From NCBI RefSeq assembly GCF_046119375.1, contig NW_027362763.1, forward strand, positions 782,006,001-782,070,000: a stretch of 64,000 bases of DNA, read 5' to 3'. Shown one piece after another: positions 46,801-58,800 of the stretch. The notes below the pieces were generated by a model that saw only the letters and a program-made list of their open reading frames with translations, was not told the origin of the DNA and ran no database searches. The translations under genes and the position numbers were made by a program. Origin of the DNA: Phyllobates terribilis. Lineage: Eukaryota. How positions within the stretch are numbered: position 1 is the stretch's first letter; each line of letters starts with the position of its first letter.

Positions 46801-49800
46801 GCTGTGTGTGAGCCAAGTGTCAGTGCTCCGTGCTCTCACATGAAATAATCGCAGCACAACTGTGGAGGGGATGGGGAAAGTAATTTCTCCATCACCTCTG
46901 TTACTGGGTGTCGGCGGGAAGAATCGCACTGCACTTGGGTGATATCCGAGTGCAGTGCAATGTTTCACACGCACCCATAGGCTTATAGGGGTGCATGCGA
47001 TCCGATTTGTGTATGCAATCGCAGCATGCTGCGATTGTTTTTACATGCCGAATCAGCATGAGAAAATAATGTGAACTGCACCATAGAGTAACATTGGGGC
47101 AAATACAATCCAATTTTTTTATCGGATTGCACTCGTCCGATTGCATCGCAAGTGAGAGCGAGCACTTAGGCAATAAATTGAACTCTATAGAGTTATGTCC
47201 ACTTTCAACCTTAAAATCTATGAAGAAAAATCATAGACGGCACTCCGTTTCTGTCCTGCATGGACCTTCATCAGATAAATGCTGTGATGTTGTAATTGAG
47301 AGTGAGTATGTGATACAATAGGCGGTGAGAAATGAACGGACTGTGTCAGCTGATCAGCTATAGGATGTCTGCACTATAGTATAGTATCAGAAGGCACTAG
47401 TACTTTAGTGCAGACATCCTATACCTGATCAGCTGACACAGTCCGTGCACTTCTCACCGCCTATTGTATCACATAGTCACTCTCCATTACAACATCACAG
47501 CATTTATCTGATGAAGGCCCATGCGGGACCCAAACGTCATTAACTAGTTGTTTCTTCAGACTGATCTATTGTACATAGAAATCTGAACTGTGGTTTCAGG
47601 AATGAAAATTAAGAGATTTTTGGTACCAACCGCCATATCTTTGCGAGACACAAGAAAGTTGAGCGGATGGTTTCTACATGTGTGGTGCCCACTGTGAAGC
47701 ATGGGAGGAGGTGTGATGGTGCTTTCCTGGTGACATGGTCAGTGATTTTATTCCAAATTCAAGGCACACTTGCCCAGCATGGCTACTACAGTATTCTGTA
47801 ATGACATGCTATTCCATCTAACTTGGACTTAGTGGGACTATCATTTGTGTTCTAACAGGACAATGGCCCAAAACAAACCTTTGGGCTGTGTGAGGGCTGT
47901 GTGAGGGCTGTGTGAGGGCTGTGTGAGGGCTGTGTGAGGGCTGTGTGAGGGCTGTGTGAGGACTGTGTGAGGACTGTGTGAGGACTGTGTGAGGACTGTG
48001 TGAGGACTGTGTGAGGACTGTGTGAGGACTGTGTGAGGACTGTGTGAGGACGCAATGCTGTGTCAGATGACATGGCCTCCTCACTCACCCGCCCTCAACC
48101 CAACTGAGATGGTTTGGGATAAGTTCAACAGCAGAGTGAAGACAAGGCAGTCAGCAAGTGCTCAGCACTTCCGGGAACGCCTTCAAGGCTTTTGGAACCA
48201 TTCCAGGTGATGACCTCATGAAGCTGATTGAAAGAACACCAAGGTGGCGTTAAGTGGTCATCAGAGTAAAATATGGGTACTTTGAATAATCCTAAAGGTT
48301 CAACACATATTTTGGTTTATTTTGCACTTGTTCCTTTACTCCTTGTTTCCATATATGTTCCTTCGTGGTTTTGCTGTCTTCAGTCTGAATCTACAATGTG
48401 CACACTCCAATAAGGACAAGGAAAACCATTGCATGAACAGGGATGTCCACACTTGACAGGTACTGTATAAATTCTTCCTGCTTGCTGTCACCCAATGGGA
48501 AGCAGTTTTCTTCCAGAGGACTAACCCTTGCCCTGTGGAGGACACACAGGTGTACGGCCCGCTCCACTTACGGTATAGTTATCAGAGCGCTCTCATTAGA
48601 AGCTGCGTACCTGGACAGACCCCAACACCATGACACGTGGCCTATTTTTGTTTTTTTAACGTTTTTACATTTCCCTAAACATTACATGTTAGTAGTAAAG
48701 ACGGAGATACAGCCAAAATCCGGGATGAGGAGCATCATGGTAAACTACTATGCCCCATGCAGGCAGATAAGACCTAAAGCGAACTTACATCCCATAAGTA
48801 GAGTGTAGACCAGCCCTGATCCATCCACAATGCACATACCTGCCCGGCTTCTTTCTCCTCATGGTACTGCCGGATGTGTTTTCCATGGCACACCTCGTAT
48901 GTCCAGTACGACTCGATCTAAAACATTGTAAAGGAACAATGAGTCGAGGAAGATTCTCTTGTTCAATCTGACCATTTATGAGTAAATGCAAGTTACCCTG
49001 TATGAACAGCTGGTTTGCTTGAAGAGAGGATCTAAAAGTTCTCCAGGAGATGGTCCCTTATATTCACCTCCTTCTTCCTGAAAATAACAATGACGATTGC
49101 TTAATACCAGATGAAATACTTCTACAGTGACAATACCATGATCCCTGAAGTAGGAGTCAGAAGATTTCCTACCATATTTGATTGGCTGTACATCGAGGTC
49201 ATTTTGCCCTTTTCACAAATCAAAACTAAAACATAGAAAAATATCACCGGCATATTGATGACTTCTGACAGCAGATCCTCTACAGAAAGCGATGAGGTAC
49301 AAAGCTGCCTCATACGGAGCCTTAAAGGGGGTTGCCTGCTTGGCACAACCTCTTTCCATAAGCCCTGTTAGGACACGAGGACGTGTCCGGTTCTATCAGC
49401 ACATCTAAACGTATCACCCCTAATGCATGCCATACAGTTGTATACACTGACCGTTAAAGAGGTTGTCCATTTTTGTGGTCAGTTTACTTTTACACAAAAT
49501 ACACTTATTTAGAGCTAAAAATATTTTTTGCAATTGGGTTTCATTAACAATTTTGCACCGTTTACCTTAACTGAGTTAACTTAGAATCCATCAGTGAGCT
49601 CGGGTTGACAAGAGAGAGTTTGTAACACTTATCTGTTTTTATTTTACCAAGTTCCTCTCAGCTGACTTATGACCATAGACCACATCAAAGATAAAATGGG
49701 CAGGGGGTAAAAAAAAAAAAAAAAAAAGAGCCTGTAAAAGCCAAACTGTGCAAAATTGTTAATGAAACCTAATTGCATAAGTGGTTTTTTTTTTTAGTCC

Positions 49801-52800
49801 CAAATATATGCATTGAAGAAAAAAAATAATTAAATGTCCCCAGTCATTTATTTAATTCCACCTCCCAAAAAATCTACACTATACTTTTTGGGAGAACCCA
49901 GTCATTTTGGGAAATGTTGTCAACGGAGACTGTATATAGTATTTTGAAGCAAACATATGCAGAACTGTTCTGTCACAATATATGATTAGATAGGATAGTT
50001 TTATTCTCCGTAGATGCAGATTGCCACCATAGTCCTCATGTGTGATGTGAATACTGCCTTAAGCCCCCGTCTCACATAGCGATATCGCTAGCGATATCGC
50101 TGCTGAGTCACGGTTTTGGTGACTCACCAGCGACCTCACCAGCGATGTCGCTGTGTGTGACACTTTGCAACGATCAGGCCCCTGCTGTGAGGTCGCTGAT
50201 CGTTGCAAAGTGTCCTGGACCATTTTTTGGTCGTTGGCCTCCCACTGGCCAGCACACATCGCTGTGTGTGACCAGCGGGACCAACGATCTGGCTGGTAAC
50301 TATGGTAAACATCGGGTTACTAGGGGCACGCGCGCACTTAGTAACCCGCTGTTTACCATGGATACCACTCTGCTACGGTGCGCGGAGGCTCCCGCGCACC
50401 GTAGCAGAGTGGTATCCATGGTAAACAGCGGGTTACTAGGGGCACACGCGCACTTAGTAACCCGATGTTTACCATAGTTACCAGCCTGCTCCTGCTTGCA
50501 GCAGGCTGGTAACGGGAGCAGGACATCGTGGAACGATTCTTTCCACGATATCGCTGCTCCCCTGATCGCTGGTGAGCCTGCCTGTTTGACAGCTCACCAG
50601 CGATGTATTAGCGATGCAGCAACGATCCCTGACAGGTCGTATCGTTGTCGGGATCGCTGCTGCATCGCTTAGTGTGACGGGGCCCTTAGAGTTGGCACTG
50701 TGGTTCATGCGTTAAACCAAGGTTTAATATTCAATGCTTGATTCCTTCTGCAGATAAAGTACAGTATCCCTAATGATAACAGTCAGCGAAAACTGTCAGA
50801 AATAGCTCTCACATAAGACCCCATTGTAAAGGTCAAAATATAAGCATTCTAGAGAACTTCAATTAAATTCTAAGATGTCTCCTGTCTCTCAGGGGCGGAC
50901 AATGACAGTGGAGAGCCCCCAGGCAGGACTTGTGTCTTGGTCCTCCTCTGACATGCAGTCACATTGGACACTCATACAAACTTGACTTTAAATTTTACAT
51001 ATTTATACACGTATATAGAAACGTACTGGTATACAGTGGCATGTAAGAGTTTGGGCACCCCTGGTCAAAATTACAGTTATTGTGAACAGTTAAGCAAGTT
51101 GAAGATGAAATGATCTGTAAAAGGCCTAAAGTTAAAGATGATACATTTCCTTTGTATTTTAGACAAAAAGTGTAATTTTTTACATTTTTAAAATTACAAC
51201 AAGGAAAATGGGCACCCTGCATGGTTAGTACCTAGTAGCACCCCCTTTTGAAAGTATCACAGCTTGTAAACACTTTTTGTAGCCAGACAAGAGTCTTTCA
51301 GTTCTTGTTTGAGGGATTTTCATCCATTCTTCCATGGAAAATTCTTCCAGTCCTGCGAGATTCCGGAGTAGTCTTGAATTCTCTGCTATTTTGAGGTTTA
51401 GCCACAGATTTTCAATGATGTTCAGATCAGGGGACTGTGAGGGCCATTATAAAACCTCCATCTTACGCCTTTTGAAGTAGTCTATTGTGGATTTTGACGT
51501 GTGTTTAAGATCATTATCCATTGGTAAAAGCCATCTTCTTTTCAACTTCAGCTTTTTTTTTACAGATGGTATTATGTTTGAATCAAGAATTTGTTAAAAT
51601 TTTACTGAATCCATTTTCCCCATACCCGTGAAATGTTCCCCGTGCTAATGGCTTCAACACAACCCCAAAGCATGATTGATCCACCCCCATGCTTAATGGT
51701 TGGCGAGATGTTCTTTTCCTGAAATTCTGTGCCCTTTTTTCTCCACACATACCATTGATCATTGCGGACAAAGAGTTCTATTGTAACCTCATCGGTCCAC
51801 AGGACTTGCTTCCAAAATGCATCAGACTCGTTTAGATGTTCTTTTGCATACTTCTGTTACTGAATTTTATGGTGTGGATGTAGGAGAGGTTTTCTTCTGA
51901 TGGCTCTTCCATGAAGGCCATATTTGTGCAGGTGTCTCTGAACAGTAGAACAATGTACCACAACTCCAGAGTCTGCTAAATCTTTCTGAAGGTCTTTTGC
52001 AGTAAAGCGGGGGTTCTGATTTGCCTCTCTAGCAATCCTATGAGCAGCTCACACTGAAATTTTGCTTAGTCTTCCAGACCTTATCTTGACTTCCACTGTT
52101 CCTGTTAACTACCTTTTCTTAATTACATTTCGAACTAAGGAAAAAGCAACCTGAAAACGCTTTGCTATCTTCTTATAGCCTTCTCCTGCTTTGTGGGTCT
52201 CCACCATTTTCATTTTCAGAGTGCTAGGCAGCTGCTTAGAAGGACCCATAGCTGCTGTTTTTTTGGCACAAGGTTATTGGAGGCTGGCATTTTATAAAGC
52301 TGGGAAATTTGCATCATCTGGCCTTTCCTAACGATGATAGGGAACAAGCCATACCCCTAACAGGCTAATTAAGGTCTGAAAACTTGATCAAAGTTATCTG
52401 AGCAAACAAATCTCCAAGGGTGACCAAACTTTTGCATCAACCCATGTTCTTTTTTGTAATTTTTAAAATGAAAAAAAAAAAAACAATATTTTTTTTTTTG
52501 CCTAAAATACAAAAGGAAATGTATCATCTTTAACTTTAGGCCTTTCAGAGATTATTCAATCTTCAACTTGCTTAACTGTTCACAATAACAGTAATTTTGA
52601 CCAGGGGTGCCCAAACTTTTACATGCCACTGTATAGAGATGTATCTCTATGTACCAATACAACGTGCCTGTAAAGAAGAAGAATATAGTTTAGATCTTTA
52701 TGCAGAGAAAATCCTTCTATAATTAGCAGTTCAGCAGCTGTGGCTCATTGCTAAAGTTTCTGCTTGCCATGCTACAGGTTGTGGGCTTGAATCCTGGGAA

Positions 52801-55800
52801 AGTCCATACCTGTGAGAAAATAGGATGATCATAGCAGCTGAACCGGCCGTGCGTATGATATGAAGTCCCCTGAAGTCCTCCCTATCTGATGACCGGTCAC
52901 TTTAAATCATTTTATAATTGGAAGCAGCTAAAATCCTGGTAATTAGAAAGGACTGTAGTGCATATAACAGGGATATGAATAGTGTATTCATATGTCATGG
53001 TCAATGTCACTGGAATTGAAAAAAAAATGATATAGTTAAAAAGACTACTGTTTTGTTTTTTTGCTTTTCATTTTCCCCTCTGTTAGCAGTCAGCTATGTG
53101 TGTTGAGTGTATTCTAGTACTTACCACCACTGTTTAAGATTTTCAACACCAATATAATACCACGTGACTGAATTTGTGACCTGCCGACTCAACTCTGTGT
53201 GGACCAGAGGTCACATTCTCAATGGAAGTCTATGAGACTCAACAACAACAAGACGCCTCCTTCTGAGTCTCATAGACAATAAGTTAGGGTATGTGCACAC
53301 GATCAGTGTTCGCTGCGGATTGGACGCAGCACAAGTGCGCTGTGTGTAATCCGCAGCAGCCAGATGTTACAGCATAGTGGATGGGATTTATACAAATCCC
53401 ATGTCCACTATGCGTCTGCGGCTCACCAGCGAAAACAGGCATGCGGCACATCTTTCCAGAAAGCAACATATCTATTTCCTCCTGCGGGTCCGCATACGGG
53501 CTTTCCCATAGACCTAACCTCTATGGGGAAAGCCCGCTTGTGAGAGAAAAAAAAAACCTGCGGCTTCTCCGCAATCGGCTCCGGATCGTCTGCGCACACC
53601 CTAAGAGACCCCCGGGGTCCAGAGAGAGGATGCTGGAACAGCATTGGAAACAGCAGAAAACTGCGACCAGTAAGTATCAGAATACACTCCCCACATACAC
53701 ATCACTGATAGCAAGCAGGNNNNNNNNNNNNNNNNNNNNNNNNNNNNNNNNNNNNNNNNNNNNNNNNNNNNNNNNNNNNNNNNNNNNNNNNNNNNNNNNN
53801 NNNNNNNNNNNNNNNNNNNNNNNNNNNNNNNNNNNNNNNNNNNNNNNNNNNNNNNNNNNNNNNNNNNNNNNNNNNNNNNNNNNNNNNNNNNNNTCTACGC
53901 CCGGGTGGCGAGCATTTTTATTGGTATATGGTCTCCCATCCTGGTATTTGTCCTGCCCCATCCTGGTATTTGTGCTGCCCCCATCCCGTTATGTGCTGCC
54001 CCCACCCCCAATCCTGGTATGCATGGCACCCCTCACCCCCAATCCTGGTATGCATGGCACCCCTCACCCCCAATCCTGGTAAGCATGGCACCCCTCACCC
54101 CCAATCCTGGCAAGCATGGCACCCCTCACCCCCAATCCTGGCAAGCATGGCACCCCTCACCCCCAATCCTGGCAAGCATGGCACCCCTCATCCTGGAATG
54201 CATGGTACCCCATCCCTCATCCCTATCCTGGTATGCATGGTACCCCTCATTCTGGTATGCGTGGCACCCCTCACCCCCAAATCCTGGCATGCATGGCACC
54301 CCTCACCCCCAATCCTGGTATGCATGGCACCCCTCACCCCCAATCCTGGCATGCATGGCACCCCTCATCATGGTATGCATGGCTCCCTCATACCCAATCC
54401 TGGTATGCATGGTACCCCACCCCTCATTCCTATCCTGGTATGCATGGTACCCCTCATTCTGGTTTGTGTGACCCCCACACCTCCCAATCCTGGTTTGTGT
54501 GGCCCCCCTCACCCCCCAATCCTGGTATGCGTGACCCCCCTCACCCCCCAATCCTGGTATGCGTGGTACCCCCTCACCCCCCAATCCTGGTATGCGTGGT
54601 ACGCCTCATCCCTATTCTGGGATGTATGGTACCCCTCATTCTGGTATGTGTGCCCCCCCCCCCCGCCCCCCAATCCTGGTATGTGTAGACCCCCCCACCC
54701 TTGGTATGCGTGGTACCCCTCATTCTGGTATGTGTGGCCCCCCACCCCCCAATCCTGGTATGTGTGCCCCCCGCACCCCCCAATCCTGGTATGCGTGGTA
54801 CCCCCTCACCCCCCAATCCTGGTATGAGTGGTATGCCTCATCCCTATTCTGGGATGTATGGTCCCCTCATTCTGGGATGTGTGGCCCCCCCCCCACCACC
54901 CAATCCTGGTATGTGTGCCCCCCCACTCCTGATATGTGTGGCCCCACCCCCCACTCCTGGTGTGCGTGTCGCCCCACCCCCCACTCCTGGTGTGCGTAGT
55001 GCCCCCCCCCACTCCTGGTATGCGTGGTGCCCCCCCCCACTCCTGGTACGCGTGGTGCCCCCCCCCCCCACACACACCTGGTACGCGTGGTCCCCCCCCC
55101 CACACCTGGTATGTGTGCCCCCCCCACCCCCCAATCCTGGTATGTGTGGCCCCCCCCAATCCTGGTATGTGTGCCCCCCCCAATCCTGGTATGTGTGCCC
55201 CCCCCCAATCCTGGTATGTGTGGCCCCCCCACCCCCCAATCCTGGTATGTGTGGCCCCCTCATCCCTTTCACGCTGCACACAGAAAAAAAAACACTTATA
55301 CTCACCTTTCTTCCCTGTGCTCCAGAATTGCTGTATCCTGTTCTGCCGGAGGCCAAGGGGAGGAGTGTGGCGCTGGAGTACGCGCGTGTCCATACTGCGC
55401 TGTCTGGCGCCATTTTGCTGAAGACACACTGCACCGACGGTGCATTAATCTCCCGGCTACCGGCCCGAAGACACAGCGCGGTCTCCTGGATAGGTGAGTT
55501 GTTAGGGGGCCGGAGATCGTGGTATGCGTTCAGTGCTTAAGCATACCGCGATCTCCAGGGCCACAATCCTCATTCTAAACTCCTCATTTAGGATGTGGTT
55601 GCGCTCCTCTGTGGGGTCCAGACTGCACATCGCGCTTGCGCTGTCTATAGAGGCTTCAGACAGAGGGACGCTTGTACGATTATATTATAGATTATACACA
55701 CATACACGCCAGATTGCACCTTCAACATATATGATTGCACAGTCACAGCAGCAGGATGATAGGTGACAATGACTATAAAGAGCAGTCATGAGCTTCATAA

Positions 55801-58800
55801 ATAATATTGCATTTACACAGTCTATTCAGGTACAAGAGATATGTCCTTATAGATAAGATAAAGGTAATTTTATTAATAAAGTTTAAAAAAAAGCGCAGCA
55901 TATTAGTATAAGCAGTAATACCTGGTGATCCCCGGCAGTAATGGGAAGTAGACACTTGTATTTCTCTTTGTCGGCCGTGGTCATAATGATGTAATTGTCT
56001 TCTTTGTACGGTATTCCTGTGGTCGGCTGCAAGAACAAGAATTATTTTCAGATCCCAGACAACGTGGTGAGAGCAATTAATGCTGTGAGTCACGAGCCGC
56101 TCAGTCAATGACCCGTGTCCAAAGTGAAATGCTGGATTTCACATCCCTATACCTACAAAGTGACCCCTACTCCAACAATTAACATCAATTTATCACCAAA
56201 GCTATAATTATATACTGTGTGGACTATTAAAAGCACCGCATGTGCCCAATTCATATACCACTTAGGGACATGGCATGTCCCCCTCCCACAGGGTGAGGAC
56301 CAAGGACTATCTGGTTGATAATAATCAGCGGTGACTATCCACATGGCTCATAGCAATCAACTTGTTAAAGGGGATGTCCACTACTAGGAAAACCCCTTCT
56401 TGAACTAAATGTTTGGCCCCAATAAAATAAAAAACCTATACTCACCTCCCGTGCCGGCGCCACCCCAGTGGTGTCAGCACTCGCGGTTCAGGGGCTGTGA
56501 TGCGGTGGGATGACACGTGGTGCCCAGCGCCCAATCAGCGCTGGCGTCACTGTCCCCGCCTCCTGTCGAAATGAACATGAAGAGGAAGGCAGATCGGCAG
56601 CAGCCCAGACTTTCTCTTCATGTTCAGTTCGTATGAAGGTGGGGACAGTGACGCCGAAGGCGGGGACAGTGACGCCAGCACTGATTGGGCACCGGGCATC
56701 GTGTGTCATTCCACCGCATCACAGCCCCTGAACCGCGAGTGCTGACACCACTGGGGCGGCGCCGACATGGGAGCTGAGTATAGGTGTTTTTATTTTATTG
56801 GGGCAAAAGATTTAGTTCAAGAAGGGGTTGCCCTAGTAGTGGATACCCCTTTAAACAACTCATGTTACAAAGTGTCTCCTTCACTAAAGGCTATCACTCA
56901 GGTCTAGCGTTTTGCCTCATTCAGACCTCAATGATTTTCCACATATGCCAAAAAGTGGTCCGAGTGTCATCAGTGTCCTGGATCAGAGTTTCATCAGTGT
57001 TTGGTCAGTTTTTCCCAATAGTGTTTGGTCAGTGATTTTCAAGGCTGGATAGATATATTACAAAGCCTCTCCTCTCCATTAGCATTAATCACAGACAGCA
57101 CATGCATTGCCGCTGATGCCATCCGTGTCCTGTACATGATTTTCACAGACCCACAGAATTGTATTTGTACTTTTCAACCGTGATGTCAGTAAAAACCAGA
57201 CATGTATCCATGATTTTTGCACGGTCAATATCAACCCTATAGGTTATAATAAATTTGTGTTCTATCCATGAAAATTACTTCTAGGACATGTAGGTGAAAC
57301 ACATAACAAAAGAAAACTGGTGTGTACAGATATAAACTAAGAGTTGCCATCTCTATACATAACAAAGTGTTACACTCTATCGCTATAGCATTTGAACATG
57401 AAATATATGAAATATGAATTGCATTACTGCTTTAGAAAATAAGAAAAAAATTGAGATGCTTAGCACATAATTTGGCCAATTCATGCGTGCCCAGCAGCAA
57501 GGCGATCTGTTGCTGCAGGCCCGTCCATAGCTTCAATGCCTTCATCATGCAGGAACTGCTGACACACTCCAGCCACATGAGGTCTGGCATTGTTCTGCAT
57601 TAGGAGGAACCCAGGGCCAACCGCACCAGCATATGGTCTCACATGGGTCTGAGGATCTCACCTCGGTACCTAATGGCAGTCAGGCTACCTCTGGCAAGCA
57701 CATGGAGGGCTGTGCAGCCCTCCAAAGAAACGTCACCCCACACCATTACTGACCCACTGCCAAACCGGTCATGCTGAAGGATGTTGCAGGCAGCAGATCG
57801 CTCTCCACGGCGTCTCCAGAATCTGTCACGTCTGTCACATGTGCTCAGTGTGAGCCTGCTTTCATCTGTGAAGAGTACAGGGCGCCAATGTCAAATCTGC
57901 CAAGCTTGGTGTTCTCTGGTAAATGCCAATCCTTCTGCACGGTGTTGGGCTGAAAGCACAACACCAACTTGTGGACGTCGGGCTCTCATACCACCCTCAT
58001 GGAGTCTGTTTCTGACAGTTTGAGCAGACAAGGATGTTAGTGGCCTGCTGGAGGTCATTTTGCAGGGCTCTGGCAGTGCTCCTCCTGTTTCTCCTTGCAC
58101 AAAGGAGGGTAGTGATCCTGCTGCTTGGTTGTTGCCCTTCTACGGCCCCCTTCACGTCTCCTGGTGTACTGGACTGTCTCTGGGTATCTGCTCCATGCTC
58201 TGGACACTGTGCTGACATACAGCTACCCTTCTTTCCACAGCTCACATTGATGTGCCATCCTGGATGAGCTGCACTACCTCAGTAACTTCTGTGGGTTGTA
58301 GTCACCGCCTCATGCTACTGTACCTCTAGGGGTGAGAGCAATGATAGAATGCAAAAGTGACTAAACCAACAGCCAAAAAGGATGAGAACAGAGAAATGGT
58401 CTGTGGTCACCACCTGTAGAACCTCTTCTTTATTGGGGTTGTCTTGCTAATTGCCAATCATTTGTATCTGTTGTATGTTCCAATTGCAGCAGGAGAAATT
58501 CATTCACAATCAGTGTGATTGGATTTGGAGTTACATTGTGTTGTTTAAGTGTTCCCTTTATTTTCCTGAGCAGTGTATATTGGCTCTCTGACCGAGCACT
58601 CCACCCTCCAGCGGTTTTGATGCAGCAGGATCTTACCTACCCATAAATGCAGGCTTCAGTCTAGGAGAGGATTCACATTACATAGGTTCCCAACAACCAG
58701 AGATCGCCTTGTCGTTGGCTGCAGGGCACACATTAATTGGCCAAATTATGTGCTAAGCATCTCCATTTTTTTATTTTATTTTCTAGAGCAGTAATGCAAC

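Noticed and set aside
53905-55540. Many overlapping Pro/His/Trp/Gly-rich ORFs
   Set aside because: All derive from the C-rich minisatellite; no splice structure or domain.
56895-56935. Minus-strand ...gaggtctgaatgaggcaaaacgctag as a hammerhead remnant
   Set aside because: Both conserved boxes are broken and stem II does not pair; too degenerate to support.
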